The position numbers and the translations under genes were made by a program. A stretch of DNA of 64,000 nt from an uncultured Candidatus Rokubacteria bacterium (GTDB taxonomy: Bacteria; Methylomirabilota; Methylomirabilia; Rokubacteriales; DASRDR01), in assembly GCA_963805625.1 (NCBI GenBank), contig CAWDVE010000019.1:1-64000 (forward strand). Direction: 5' to 3'. This document shows positions 38,661 to 50,609 of this stretch, one piece after another. The notes beneath the pieces are model-generated. The model ran no database searches. It was not told the DNA's origin and worked only from the letters and a program-made list of their open reading frames with translations. Every line of letters starts with the position of its first letter. Within the stretch, counting starts at the first letter, position 1.

Positions 38661-40388
38661 TCACGCGCCGGCCGGCCGGACGACTCGCCGGAACTCGTGG
38701 ACGGGCAGGGTGTTCAGCACGTCCCGCGCCGTCAGGAGGCCCCGCCGCGCCATGTCGATCCCGTAGCGGAGATGCCGGAGCTCGGCGGTCGAGTGCGCGT
38801 CCGTCGATACGACGAAGCGCAGGCCGCGCCGGAGCGCCTCGTGCTGCCAGCGTGGCTCCATGTCGAGACGGTGCGGGTTCCCGTTCACCTCGATCGCGAC
38901 CCGGGACTCGGCGGCGGCCTCCAGTACGTCCTCCATCCGGCAGGGGATGGGCGGGCGGCGCAGGACGTAGCGGCCAAGCGCGTGGCCCCAGATTTTGAAG
39001 CACGGATGACGCATCGCCCGGACGAGCCGGCGGGTCATCTGCGCCTCGTCCATCCGGTGGCGGTTGTGAATGCTCGCGATGACGACGTCCAGCTGCTCCA
39101 GGACCGCGTCGGGATAGTCCAGCCGGCCGTCGGCGAGGATGTCGCACTCCGTGCCTCGGAGGATCGTCAGGCCCTCGATGTGCTCCTGCACCTTCGCGAT
39201 CTCGTCCCACTGCCGTCGCAGGCGCTCCACGGTGAGGCCGCCGGCGTACGAGGCAGTCGGCGAGTGGTCGGTGAGGGTCATGTAGCGCATGCCCATCGCC
39301 CGGGCCGCCCGGGCCATGGTCTCGATCGTCTCGGCGCCGTCAGAGTACAGGGAGTGGCAGTGCACCATGCCCTGGATGTCGGATGCCTGGATGAGCCCGC
39401 TGGCCCGGCATCGCGCTGCTGCCGTCTCGAGGTCGACCCAGTCCTCCCGCACTTCCGGCGGAAGGTACGGAAGGTCCAGGTGCCGGTAGAGGTCCGCCTC
39501 GCTCTTGATCGGCGGCCGGCGGCCGTCTGTAGCCCGGGCGAGGCCGGCGCGGTCCAGCACGAAGCCGAGTTCGCGCGCGTGCTCGCCGAGCCGCGCCAGG
39601 TGGCCCTCCGAGCCGGTGAGCGCGTGGAGAAGCGCCGGGAACGCGGGCGGCGCCACGGCCTCCGCCTCGACCAGGAGGCCGCTCGCGACGCGGAACGTCA
39701 CGCGCTCGTCGGTCCGCACGAGGGGGGAGAAGGCGGCCGGGTACGCCGCGGCGTGGTCGAGGGCCCGCGCCGGCTGGTCGGAGCTCACGATGACGACCAG
39801 GCGGTCGACCGTCTCCGCGCGCCGGCGCAAGGCCCCCGCGAGCTCCGCGTGGAACACGTCCGCCCCGACCTGGACATGGGCCAAGAGCGCGTCCCCTTCC
39901 GCCGTCGCGCGATGGAGGAGCATCTGCTCCCCGTGCGCCGCGCGCTCGCGGAGCGCGGCTAGGAGCTTCGCCTCCGTCTTCGCGCCGAAGCCCGGGACGT
40001 TCCGCACGCGACCGGCCTCGAGAGCCCCTTCGAGATCCTCGACGGACGCGATCCCGAGCGCATGGTGGAGCGCCGCGATCCGTGGGACGCTCAGGCCCGG
40101 AACCTGGCTCAGCTCCAGTACGCCGGGCGGCAGCGCGGCGCGGAGCCGATCGAGCTGCTCGTTCCGCCCCGTCAGGTGGAGCTCGCGGATCGTCCCGGCC
40201 AGCGCCGCGCCGACGCCGGGGAGCTCGGTCAGTCGACCTTGGGACACGAGTAGCCTGAGGTCCGCTCCCAGCGCCTCCAGCGCCCGCGCGCCGCGCTCGT
40301 ACGCGCGCGCCTTGAACGGATTCCCGCCCTGGAGCTCCAGCAAGCGGCCGATCTCGCGCAGGGCTCGCGCGATCGCCAGGCGGTCCAT
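38661..40388 (-). CDS. polX: PolX-PHP protein with altered polymerase active site
   Basis: NPFKARAY, HhH motifs, TGS..H; PHP motifs HCHS..SDG, TDHS, GTECD, STDAH. Confidence 0.92.
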   Translation of the reverse strand: MDRLAIARALREIGRLLELQGGNPFKARAYERGARALEALGADLRLLVSQGRLTELPGVGAALAGTIRELHLTGRNEQLDRLRAALPPGVLELSQVPGLSVPRIAALHHALGIASVEDLEGALEAGRVRNVPGFGAKTEAKLLAALRERAAHGEQMLLHRATAEGDALLAHVQVGADVFHAELAGALRRRAETVDRLVVIVSSDQPARALDHAAAYPAAFSPLVRTDERVTFRVASGLLVEAEAVAPPAFPALLHALTGSEGHLARLGEHARELGFVLDRAGLARATDGRRPPIKSEADLYRHLDLPYLPPEVREDWVDLETAAARCRASGLIQASDIQGMVHCHSLYSDGAETIETMARAARAMGMRYMTLTDHSPTASYAGGLTVERLRRQWDEIAKVQEHIEGLTILRGTECDILADGRLDYPDAVLEQLDVVIASIHNRHRMDEAQMTRRLVRAMRHPCFKIWGHALGRYVLRRPPIPCRMEDVLEAAAESRVAIEVNGNPHRLDMEPRWQHEALRRGLRFVVSTDAHSTAELRHLRYGIDMARRGLLTARDVLNTLPVHEFRRVVRPAGA

Positions 40389-40679
40389 GCTTCGAGAGTA
40401 ACCCTTGTGCCGCTTCGGAGCATCGTCGCGGAGCGGGGAATCGGGGGCCTGGCACTGGCATTGCTTGACTTAGGAAGGAGACAGGCCTACGGCTTCCACA
40501 AGCGCGCGTGGGTGAGTGAGCGTGGCCGGGGCCGAGAGGCGAGACTGCGGCCGCGTCGGCGATGCGACTGCGGGAAGAGGCGCCGTCGCCGGCGGCGGCA
40601 AGCGACAGGGTCCGCCGTCTGTCACGCTGACGTGACCATGGGAGGAGATGTGAGCGGGGAATTCCACGCGCGCGTCGCG

Positions 40680-40907
40680 CCGGACCAGGCCCCGGTCGAG
40701 GTCTACAACAGCCCCCTCTCCGAGGTCGGCGTGCTGGGCTTCGAGTACGGCTACAGCCTGGACTGTCCCGGCGGGCTCATCCTCTGGGAGGCCCGGTTCG
40801 GCGACTTCGTGAATGCGGCCCAGGTCATCGTGGACCAGTTCGTGGTCAGCGCCGAGGAGAAGGGGCGCCGTCTGAGCGGGCTCGTGCTCCTCCTGCCCCA
40901 CGGGTTC

Positions 40908-40908
<1 letters not shown>
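40680..40908 (+). pseudogene. sucA: 2-oxoglutarate dehydrogenase E1 internal remnant
   Basis: [37 protein letters not shown]. Confidence 0.85.
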
Positions 40909-41540
<632 letters not shown>

Positions 41541-41549
41541 GCTAGGGCG

Positions 41550-43205
41550 TCAGAACGACGTGCGATTGAGCGTGTTGTCCGGAGCGCCGATGCGGTACCA
41601 GCGATGGCCGTACGGACCGAGAGTCAGCTCGTGGGTGCCGTTCTCGGACCGGCTGTGGGTCTCGTCGAAGACGTCCACCAGGAGCCCGCTGTTGTCCGAC
41701 TTGGGATCGAGGGCCACGGTCTGTCGGCGGCTCGAGAAGTTGTGCAGGGTCAGCATGGAGACGCCGCGGAAGTCGTAGCGGATCGCCAGCACCTCGGGGA
41801 CGTTGACCCGCAACACCGAAAAATCGCCCCATCCGAGCTCGGGACACTCCTTGCGCATGCGGATGCGCCGCTCGGTCCAGTTCAGCAGGGACTCCGGCTC
41901 GCGACGCTGCTGCGACACGTTGACCTTCTCGTACCCGTACGTGGCGTCGTCGATGACGGGACGCACGGTGCGCTCGGCGCGCGAGAAACCGGCGTGCGGC
42001 TCGTTCGTCCACTGCATGGGGGTCCGGGCGCACTCGCGCTCGTCCATCGTGAGGTCGTCGCCCATGCCGATCTCGTCGCCGTACTGCATCATCGGCGTGC
42101 CCGGCAGCGAGAAGAGCAAGCTGAACGCGAGCTCGAGCCGGCGGCGGTCGTTCTTGAGCATCGGCGCGAGCCGGCGCCGGATGCCGCGGTCATAGAGCTG
42201 CATGGACTTGTCCGGCGCGAACGCCGCGAAGACCGTGGCGCGCTGCTCCGGTGACAACCGGCCGAGGTCGAGCTCGTCGTGCGAGCGGAGGAAGTGGACC
42301 CACTGGGCCGCGGGCGGCTTCTTCGCCGTCTGCTGGAGCGCCCACGTGAGCGGCCCGATGTCTTCGCTCGCCAGCGCGTAGAACAGGCGCTGGTTGACGG
42401 GGAAGTTCAGCATGAGCTGGAGTCGGTCTCCCTCGTTGCCGAAGTACGCGATGCTCTCGTCCGGCGGGACGTTCGCCTCGGCCAGCAGCACGGCATCACG
42501 GCACCGCCACTGGAGGAACTGCCTGAGCTCGTGGAGAAGGTTGAAATCGCGCTCCTCCGGGACGTCGGCGCCCTTTCTCGAGATGATGAACGGCACCGCG
42601 TCCATGCGGAACCCCGAGATCCCGAGCTCGAGCCAGTAGCCCATGATCTTGGTCATCTCGTGCCGCACGGACGGATGGTAGGTGTTCAGGTCCGGCTGAT
42701 GATCGTAGAACCGGTGGAAGTACCACATGCCCGCGGTGCTGTCGAATGTCCACGTGGTCTTCTGGGTGCCCGGAAACACCATGCCCTTGTCGTAGTCTTT
42801 CGGCCGATCGTCGGCCCAGACGTACCAGTCGCGGAACCGCGACTGTGGGTCGCTGCGCGCCGACTGGAACCAAGGATGCACATCCGAGGTGTGGTTGACG
42901 ACCAGATCGACGATCACCCGCAGCCCGAGCGCCTTTGCATGGTTCATGAACTCCACGAAGTCCCCGGGGGAGCCGTGCTTCGGGTGCACGCCGTAGAAGT
43001 CGCTGATGTCGTAGCCGTTGTCGCGGTTCGGTGAGGGGTAGAACGGCTGGAGCCAGAGGCAGGTGACGCCCAGCCCGGCCAGGTACTCGAGGCGGCGGTG
43101 GAGCCCCTCGAAGTCTCCCGTCCCATCGCCGTTCGCGTCCATGTACTTCTCGACGTCCAGGCAATAGACGATCGCGTTCTTGTACCAGAGGTCGTGGACC
43201 GCCAC
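41550..43205 (-). CDS. GH13 trehalose synthase/alpha-amylase-like protein
   Basis: DLVVNHTS, GFRMDAVP, LAEAN, LRSHDE, YGDEIGMG. Confidence 0.93.
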   Translation of the reverse strand: MAVHDLWYKNAIVYCLDVEKYMDANGDGTGDFEGLHRRLEYLAGLGVTCLWLQPFYPSPNRDNGYDISDFYGVHPKHGSPGDFVEFMNHAKALGLRVIVDLVVNHTSDVHPWFQSARSDPQSRFRDWYVWADDRPKDYDKGMVFPGTQKTTWTFDSTAGMWYFHRFYDHQPDLNTYHPSVRHEMTKIMGYWLELGISGFRMDAVPFIISRKGADVPEERDFNLLHELRQFLQWRCRDAVLLAEANVPPDESIAYFGNEGDRLQLMLNFPVNQRLFYALASEDIGPLTWALQQTAKKPPAAQWVHFLRSHDELDLGRLSPEQRATVFAAFAPDKSMQLYDRGIRRRLAPMLKNDRRRLELAFSLLFSLPGTPMMQYGDEIGMGDDLTMDERECARTPMQWTNEPHAGFSRAERTVRPVIDDATYGYEKVNVSQQRREPESLLNWTERRIRMRKECPELGWGDFSVLRVNVPEVLAIRYDFRGVSMLTLHNFSSRRQTVALDPKSDNSGLLVDVFDETHSRSENGTHELTLGPYGHRWYRIGAPDNTLNRTSF

Positions 43206-43526
43206 GCTACAGTCCCTCGGCGCGGACAGTGTCGCGCGGCCGGACGTCGCCGTACGTGAAACCGGGCCCGGATGGGCTCACGGCGTGCCGGGGCGCCAGG
43301 CGCGAGCGAGCATCCATGTCCTGGCGTGGTGCAAGGCGTGTGCCGCGCGTCGGGTGGCCGCTGGTCCGTCGCCGCCGTTGGCCGGCCACCGGACGGCATG
43401 TCGCATTCGCGCCAGCCTGACGCTGTTGGCGATGGGTACCAAGGAAGGGCGGGACGTGCTCGAGCTATCCTCGAGGCTGGCGAGGCAGGGCATCGTTGTC
43501 CAGAACCATGTGGATGCGGAGGGCAC

Positions 43527-44525
43527 ATGAGACTCGAGGGCCGCGTCGTCGTCGAGGAGTTCGAGTGCGAGGCGCTGAAAAGCAACCCCCTCGGGGATCC
43601 CCATCGGAGGTCCGTCCCCGTCTATCTTCCCCCTGGGTACGATCGCGGCGACCGCCGGTATCCGGTGATCTACTGGCTGCACGGCTGGGGCGGCACCGGC
43701 CTGCGGGAGACCAACTACACTCCGTGGGTCCCATCGTTGCCCGAGCTCATCGATCGGGTGATCCAAGCCGGTGCCCCTCCGGCCATCCTAGTGATGGCCG
43801 ACGTCTTCACGGCGTACGGCCACAGCCAGTGCATCAACTCGTCGGCGACGGGTCGGTACGAGGATGCGGTCAAGGAGCTCGTCTCCTACGTGGATACACA
43901 CCATCGCACGCTGCCCTCACGCGACCACCGCGGCCTGGACGGGAAGTCCAGCGGCGGCTACGGCTCCCTGGTCCTGGCCATGCGCAACCCGGAGCTCTTC
44001 GGCGCCGTCGCCTCGCACAGCGGCGACATGTACTTCGAGGCCGCCTACCGGCCGGACTTCTGGCGGGCGGTGGATACGATCCGCAAGCACGGGGGGCTCG
44101 ACGGCTATCTCAGGGCCTGGCGCGAGGCGCCCAAGAAGACGGACGAGCTGGTGCGGCCGATGGTGACGGTCGTGTGCATGGCGATGGCCTACTCGCCGAA
44201 CCCCGACCGCGCCCATGGGTTCGACCTTCCGTTCGATCCGGAGACCGGGGAGATCGACGAGGCGGTGTGGGCGCGATGGCTGGAGTGGGACCCGGTCTTC
44301 ATGGCGGAGCGCTACGCGGGGAGTCTGCGCACGCTGCGGCTCATCTATATCGAGTGCGGCAGCCGGGACCAGTACAACCTTCACCATGGCGCGCGCATCC
44401 TTCGCCGCCGGCTGGAGCGTCTGGGTATCCGCCACGAGTACCAGGAATTCGATGACGACCACACGGCCGTGAACTACCGCTACGTCGAGTCGCTGCGGCG
44501 TCTCTGCGCCGTGCTCCAGGCGTGA
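43527..44525 (+). CDS. Putative esterase (alpha/beta hydrolase)
   Basis: VYLPPGY, YPVIYWLHG, GKSSGG nucleophile elbow. Confidence 0.9.
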   Translation: MRLEGRVVVEEFECEALKSNPLGDPHRRSVPVYLPPGYDRGDRRYPVIYWLHGWGGTGLRETNYTPWVPSLPELIDRVIQAGAPPAILVMADVFTAYGHSQCINSSATGRYEDAVKELVSYVDTHHRTLPSRDHRGLDGKSSGGYGSLVLAMRNPELFGAVASHSGDMYFEAAYRPDFWRAVDTIRKHGGLDGYLRAWREAPKKTDELVRPMVTVVCMAMAYSPNPDRAHGFDLPFDPETGEIDEAVWARWLEWDPVFMAERYAGSLRTLRLIYIECGSRDQYNLHHGARILRRRLERLGIRHEYQEFDDDHTAVNYRYVESLRRLCAVLQA

Positions 44526-44534
44526 CCGACCGGG

Positions 44535-44849
44535 CGCCGGTTCACGCTCCGGGACGGGAACCGCATCCGCGAGCAGCTGCTCGGGCTCTCCGACCGGGAC
44601 CACGTCTCCACGTACTGCATCCTCGACGCGACCGTGCCGCGCCAGTGGTACGTGGCCACCGTCCAGCTGAAGCGGGTGACCGACGGCGACCGCACCTTCT
44701 GGCACTGGCAGTCCGCCTTCGACGCGCCGCGGGGCCGCGAGCGCGAGCTGGCCGACATGGTCGGCCTAGGTTCGGGCGGCGCCCCCAAGTATCGCGAGAA
44801 GTGCGACGAGGTCGCCGCCTGCGGCTACCCGGGCTTCACTTTTCGGTAA
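44535..44849 (+). pseudogene. SRPBCC remnant joined to a Baeyer-Villiger monooxygenase-like tail
   Basis: RFTLRDGNRIREQLL...VTDGDRTFWHWQS, then GGAPKYREKCDEVAACGYPGF. Confidence 0.6.
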
Positions 44850-44891
44850 GCCCGTAGCGAGGACGGGTAGCGCGAGCGGCGACCGTCGCGG

Positions 44892-46127
44892 TCAGCGCGT
44901 CGCTTTCGGCACGCTCTTCGCCACCAGCTCGCCGACCTGCTGGCCCACCGCGGAACCCACCTCAGTCGAGTAGCGGTAATGGACCCCGTCGTAGATGCGC
45001 GCGCTCGCCACCTCCTTCGTGAAGTCGGCGACGCTGGTCCAGGTGCGGACGGCGCCTCCGGCGGTCGGGCTGGCGGAGGTGAGCGTCGGCGTCGGCCCGG
45101 AGCCGATCTCGGCCGCGAGCACCGCGCCGAGGGACGCCGACACGATGCAGTGAGCGCACGGATACTCGGGATGCATCGGCGTGTCGATGAACGGCGTCCA
45201 GCCCGGGTCCCGGTCGGTCGCGTCGTTGCCGTCGATGTCGCCGTTGCGGATGGCGGTGACCGGGCGCCAGAGATTGTAGGTGTACTTGGCGTCGAAGACG
45301 GCGATCAGCGCGTCGTCCATGGCCATCGCGGCCAGCGCGAGCAGGCGCGCGTTGTCGGTGACGTCGCGGCCGGGCATGGCCGCGACCGAGCGCGCGATCG
45401 GCCAGTACACGGCCGGGGCCGTCGCCTCCCAGAACTTCGCGATCGCGGTCTGCTCCGGCGTGCGCTGGGTGCTGTTCCGCCCTCCGACCGCCTTGATCTC
45501 GTTGTAGTCCCGCGCCCAGGTCGCGCTGGTCAGCGCGGGCGGCGGGCCCGGACGGAACTGGTCGCCGCGGGTCATGACCCACGGGCGGCGCTTGCCCCAG
45601 TGAGGCACCGCCGGTCCCATCGTCGGCACGTAGACCCCGGCTGCGGTGGAGGGGCGGTAGACGTCGGGTGCGATCACCCCGTCGTCGGCGCACATCGCCA
45701 CGATGGCAGTCGCGGACTGCTCGCCGACCGCGATGCCCGCGATCTTCGCGGGGCCGTCAGGGACCGAGCCGAGCAGGGCCTGGTAGTCGGCATCGATGAC
45801 CGCCTGCTGGGCGGGCATGAGCTTCGAGAGCGCGGTGCGCGTCGCCGCGGCGACCGCCGCTTCCACCGACGCCCCCGGCGCCGGGGTGAGCTTGGCGCGC
45901 TGCGGAGGATAGCGGGCGGTGATCGTGTTGACCGCCTCGAAGACCGAGACCTGCACGATGGCCATCATCCTCACCGTGATGGGCGGTGCCGGGATGCGCG
46001 ACACCATGTCGGCGGCCTTCGCATTCGCATCGGTGACGATGTCCGCCTGGGCGACCGGGGCGCCGGCGAGGATCACCACGGCCAGAACACCGATCGCTGC
46101 GCTGATGAGTCCGCGTATGGTCTTCAT
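44892..46127 (-). CDS. Secreted vanadium haloperoxidase/PAP2-family protein
   Basis: Signal peptide; KYTYNLWRP, HPEYPCAH, RIYDGVHY; AGGAG RBS. Confidence 0.88.
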   Translation of the reverse strand: MKTIRGLISAAIGVLAVVILAGAPVAQADIVTDANAKAADMVSRIPAPPITVRMMAIVQVSVFEAVNTITARYPPQRAKLTPAPGASVEAAVAAATRTALSKLMPAQQAVIDADYQALLGSVPDGPAKIAGIAVGEQSATAIVAMCADDGVIAPDVYRPSTAAGVYVPTMGPAVPHWGKRRPWVMTRGDQFRPGPPPALTSATWARDYNEIKAVGGRNSTQRTPEQTAIAKFWEATAPAVYWPIARSVAAMPGRDVTDNARLLALAAMAMDDALIAVFDAKYTYNLWRPVTAIRNGDIDGNDATDRDPGWTPFIDTPMHPEYPCAHCIVSASLGAVLAAEIGSGPTPTLTSASPTAGGAVRTWTSVADFTKEVASARIYDGVHYRYSTEVGSAVGQQVGELVAKSVPKATR

Positions 46128-46728
46128 GTCGCCTGCTCCTTTCGAGCGTCTCCGGTGGAGTTCGACTCGTTCACGTCCAGACCGAGGGCCACGCGCCCCG
46201 CATAGGTGAGCTGGGCGCTGCCGCGGAGCGGGTGGTAGCGGGCGCCCTGGACGTCGCGGAAGAGCCGCTCGAGGCCCAGGTCCCGGTAGAAGCCGGCGCC
46301 CGAGGCGAGCTCTATCGCCGCCTCGACGGTCCGGATCGCCGCTCGGCCGGCCACCGCCCGGCCGATCATCACCTCGTTGGTCGTCTCGATCCCCGGGCGG
46401 GCGCCCGCCGCCGCGTCGATCATCTGGCGCAGCCCCATCCTCGCGGTGGCCAGCTCGTTCTCCATGCGGCCGGCCAGCTCCTGGGTGGCCGCGTCGTGGC
46501 GTCGTCCCGCCGCCGGGCGGAGCGCGAGGGCTCGGGCAGCTTCGGCGACGCCGACGTAGACGGCATAGATCAGGGGCAGGGCGTGCATCACGACGACGTG
46601 CCACGCGGGACCCCAGCGCCCCGCGGGGCGGCGCAGCCCGATCGCGGCGTCCGGCACGAAAACGCCGTCCAGCACGATGTCGTGCGAGCCGGCACCGCGC
46701 ATGCCGAGCGTTCGCCAGGTGTCCTCGA
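46124..46728 (-). pseudogene. Acyl-CoA dehydrogenase-like C-terminal remnant
   Basis: WRTLGMRGAGSHD, LERLFRDVQ; 5' half absent. Confidence 0.75.
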
Positions 46729-46992
46729 GGTGCAGGCCGACGCCGACCAGGCGAAGGGCAAGATCGAGGAAGCGAAGGCATCGCTCAAAGAGCTGGGGCT
46801 GAACGACTCGGTCGAATCTTCCGGCTAGCGTTGTAGATTGTAGGGCTTCCCTAACCGCGGCATTGGTATCAGCAAGAGTACCACTCCGAGGAGTCTGTAG
46901 GGCGGGGTGGGAGCCGGCGGGATCCGAGGGTCTACTCGGGAATCCCGCCGGGAACTACGCGGACTTACGGACGACGCTCACACGGCGGCTGA

Positions 46993-47030
46993 GCCTTCTA
47001 AGCCGTGGGTCAATTCCCTCCAGGCGCGCA
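46993..47030 (+). other. Degenerate 3' half of tRNA-Arg(TCT), att-like remnant
   Basis: GCCTTCTAAGCCGTGGGTC...AATTCCCTCCAGGCGCGCA; the 5' side of the T-arm is missing. Confidence 0.45.
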
Positions 47031-47493
47031 TCCCATGGTGCCGTGGGACATCAGACACGGAATCCGCGGGTTGCGGCTCCCTCGCCTGTCCCGTTCGTAT
47101 TAGCCCGGTCCCGTCGAGACGCCACGCGCGAGCGTCGCGAACGGATCGGTGGTTGGTAACCGCCGGAGCCGCATCTATCACCGACCTGACTGTCCGAGCT
47201 ACCGCGACGTGGCCCCTCAGAATCGTGTCCCGTTCGGGAGCGCGGCTGAAGCCGAGAGCGCGGGCTATCGGCTCGCGCGGAATTGCCCGTAGGGATCGGC
47301 CCCCGTATCACCTTCTAGCACCCGACATACCCTGGGGCCGTGCGCATCAACGGCATACGCCCTGAGCATGCATCGGCTGTAGAATCTTGGTGGCAGGCAC
47401 ACGCCTGGAGCACGGTGATCCATGACACAGAGCGTCGCGCCGACTCTCGAGCGCTTCGTCGTGTAGTTTAAGAGACCTACCCGGAGAATAGAA

Positions 47494-47904
47494 ATGGCGA
47501 CACGTGTGGACCAGCTCAAGGCGATCCCGCTCTTCTCAGGCCTCGCTTACGCTGACTTGCAATTCCTCGCTGGCCAGATGGACGAGGTCAACGTCCCGGC
47601 CGGTACCGTGCTGATCACCGAACGGGAGGGGAACAATGTCTTCTTCGTGATCCTGGAGGGCGTGGTCGACGTATCGGTGGGGGGCAAGTACCGGCGTACT
47701 CTGGGCCCGCATGACTTTTTTGGTGAGATCAGCATGATGGAGCTCGACCCAGCGACCGCAACCGTAGCGAGCCGAACGCCGGTCCGGGCATTCGTGATGA
47801 GTCCCGCTCAATTCAGCGCGGTGAAGGCGCACGAGACCGTAATGCTCGAGCTCAAAGCCGCGAGGAGTCAACGGCTGCACGCCGATCGAAAGGTCAAGGA
47901 GTAG
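47494..47904 (+). CDS. Cyclic-nucleotide-binding domain protein
   Basis: LKAIPLFSGL, FFGEISMM..PATATV. Confidence 0.85.
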   Translation: MATRVDQLKAIPLFSGLAYADLQFLAGQMDEVNVPAGTVLITEREGNNVFFVILEGVVDVSVGGKYRRTLGPHDFFGEISMMELDPATATVASRTPVRAFVMSPAQFSAVKAHETVMLELKAARSQRLHADRKVKE

Positions 47905-48135
47905 CCGGAATGAGGATACGGAGATGCGGATCTTCCGCATCGGCCTCAAGAAGGAAACGGTTCGCGGTGAGGACGCCGACTTCCGATCGGTACGAGAACG
48001 GTCGTCTGGGCGCTCGCACTACGAGACTGCCTCTCGTGTTCTTGCGAACGTTCCTGGAACCAAGCGATCTAGGATCTACGCTCATTGACGACCCACACGG
48101 CGGAGCGTGAAGGTTCTTGACGGAGAAGCTACCCA

Positions 48136-48375
48136 ATGGCGACATTTGTCCTCGTTCATCCGGCTTTATTCGGTGGCTGGTGCTGGAAGAAGGTAACGCC
48201 GTTGATTCGCGCGCGTGGACACGACGTCTATACCCTTACGCTGACCGGACTGGGCGAGCGCGCCCACCTCGCGCGTCCCGACGTCGGCCTGGGAAACCCA
48301 CATCGAAGACGTTGTCCGCGTGCTGGAGTATGAAGAACTGAGCGGCGTCGTCCTTGTCGGCAACAGCTCGGCAGC
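48136..48375 (+). pseudogene. Alpha/beta hydrolase N-terminal remnant
   Basis: TFVLVH...GGWCW, TLTGLGER; frameshift near 48292, then VVLVGNS; truncated. Confidence 0.75.
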
Positions 48376-48524
48376 CGGGCGCGAGCGTCCGCTCCTGGTC
48401 GCGGATCTTCGGAGCGGCGCCCTGGTCGATTTCTGTCGCATTCTGAACCGCATCAGGGAAGGAGAGCCGCTGGAGTAGCAGCCCGTCCCTGGACCGCCAT
48501 GCCCGTGCTTCTTACCGGGCGGGT

Positions 48525-48700
48525 TCAGCCGCGGATGACCGCCATGCCGGACGTGGCGTCGTCCGGTGCCGTTTCCCGGACCGATCGCACAAGCCCTGCG
48601 ACCCCAACTATCGATTCGACGCAGGCGACGCAGTACGTGGCGGACTCGAAGATGAACGTGCAGGAAGGGCAGCAGGGGCTACTGCACTCGAGACACGTGA
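48525..48700 (-). CDS. Small Cys-rich (zinc-finger-like) protein or remnant
   Basis: CLECSSPCCPSC...YCVAC; start unclear. Confidence 0.4.
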
Positions 48701-49160
48701 CGTGGTAGGACCCGTGCCTGACGGAGCTGCTGCAGGAACACCGGTGTCTCATGTTCTCCTCCGTTGCGGACGCTTAGGGTCAGCGACGAGGCGAACGGCC
48801 CGGCCACGCCTCGCAACCTTCGATCCGCACTGGCGGCGACCTGCCGGCATCTGGCGCTGGGGCAGGGGCCGATTCAGAAGGAGGCAAGCCCTGTGCCATG
48901 GGCCATCCCGGGCCGGCAGGACTGTGACTGCCAGGTCGGGGAGCCTTCTCGAGGCGGCCCAGTGGCTGGGGCAGCCAGCCAGCCTCGCTCGGTGTAACAA
49001 CTACCGTGCAGGGATTGACCGGCTCCCCCCCCCCGGCGTCAGGCCATCGGCGCTGTGCTAGACGGCGAGCGCCCGGTGTTGAGGAGAGGTGGGATCGTGC
49101 CCAGGGGAGAGATTCGGACGCTTGGGTTGTAGCGGTGGAGGCGGAGCCGAGCGAGTCGCG

Positions 49161-49355
49161 TCAGATGGAGAGGACGCGCCGCGCGTGCTCGTCGTAGAAC
49201 GCCACCGCACGCTTGAGCTGGTGCGGCCGGATGTTCGTGTAGATCTGGGTCGCGTCGATCCGCACGTGGCCGAGGAGCGCGCGCACCCCCTCGAGGTCGT
49301 GCCGCTGCTCGAGCACCTCGACCGCGACCCCGTGCCGTCGCGCATGGAGCTTCAC
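49161..49355 (-). pseudogene. Tyrosine recombinase C-terminal remnant
   Basis: HARRH, LLGH..IDATQIY catalytic box II. Confidence 0.75.
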
Positions 49356-49476
49356 CTCCGGGTAGCCAATCAGCTTCGTAGATCTTGTGGCCCGCGCCCG
49401 CCTGGCGAGCCTTCGCCGCGTGGGCTATCCTGAGGGGCGTGGTGCACCCGCACCGGGTGAACCGAAGGGGCCACTC

Positions 49477-50427
49477 ATGCGAAGAGTGACGCTCTACAGC
49501 AGCGCGCGCCGGCCGATCCCAGCCGGCCCGTCGGCCCCGGGCGGCCGCGCGGCCGACGGTGCCACGCTGTCCAGCGCTTCACTTCCCGCGGCGCCGCCGC
49601 CCTCCCCGGTTGCCCGGACGCCCGGCGCGCCCTGGCGCCGGCTCTCCCGGCGGCCCGGGCTCCTCCTGGCGGCCGGAAGCGGCCTGCTCGTCCTGATCGC
49701 GGTGACCGTCACGGGGGTCCGGACACCCCTCCCTCGACGCATCACCCAGCAGGACATCGACCAGGCGGTGCTGCACACGCTGGCGACCAAGTCCCTGCCG
49801 TCTCGCGCGGCGAAGGCGTATGCGGTCATCCGGCCCTCCGTCGTCGAGGTGCGAGGGTGGAAGGACGACGAGCGCGCGAAGAAGGGCACCGGGAACGACG
49901 TCGGCACCGGGGTCGTCATCGTGGACAAGGGCATCATCCTGACCAACCTCCACGTGGTGTCGGACGCCCAGCGGGTGGAGGTCGTCTTTGCCGACGGGCT
50001 CACGTCCGAGGCCACGGTCATCTCGGTCAAGCCGGAGCACGATCTCGCCGTGCTCCAGGCGAAGACGATCCCCGACGATCTCGTCCCGGCGACGCTCAGG
50101 TCCACCCAGGGCCTCGCCCCGGGCGACGAGGTGGTCGCCGTGGGCTTTCCCTTCGGCATCGGACCGTCCGCGTCTTCGGGCGTGATCTCCGGGCTTCGCC
50201 GCGAGTTCCACTCGCGGCGCGGCCAACGTCTCCTGACGAATCTCATCCAGTTCGACGCCGCCGCCAATCCGGGGAACTCCGGCGGCCCGCTGGTGACGAT
50301 GGACGGCGAGGTGATCGGCATCGTGACAGGCATCCTGAACCCCACCGACCAGCGGGTGTTCGTCGGCGTCGGGTTCGCGGTGCCCATCGAGAACGCCGCG
50401 TCGGCCGTCGGGCTCTCCCCCTTCTAG
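49477..50427 (+). CDS. Membrane-anchored S1C (HtrA-like) serine protease lacking PDZ
   Basis: LTNLHVV, DLAVL and NPGNSGGPL triad motifs; one TM helix. Confidence 0.9.
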   Translation: MRRVTLYSSARRPIPAGPSAPGGRAADGATLSSASLPAAPPPSPVARTPGAPWRRLSRRPGLLLAAGSGLLVLIAVTVTGVRTPLPRRITQQDIDQAVLHTLATKSLPSRAAKAYAVIRPSVVEVRGWKDDERAKKGTGNDVGTGVVIVDKGIILTNLHVVSDAQRVEVVFADGLTSEATVISVKPEHDLAVLQAKTIPDDLVPATLRSTQGLAPGDEVVAVGFPFGIGPSASSGVISGLRREFHSRRGQRLLTNLIQFDAAANPGNSGGPLVTMDGEVIGIVTGILNPTDQRVFVGVGFAVPIENAASAVGLSPF

Positions 50428-50609
50428 GCCAGAGTGCCGTCCCAACGGATCGGGCGAGGGTTGTCGCCGCGGGTGGCGCCGGGCGGCGCCTTCCGGGGCG
50501 AGGCGAGGATACTCCGAGCGGGGGCCCGGAAGGCACGCCCGGCGACAGGGCCCGCGGTGACTCGCCACGACCAGTCGGATCGGCACTAGCGGGCGCGGGA
50601 GGAGGACCG

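Noticed and set aside
44892-46781. 629-aa fusion ORF
   Set aside because: The upstream part is an alternative frame of the acyl-CoA dehydrogenase remnant; the real gene starts at 46127 after AGGAG.
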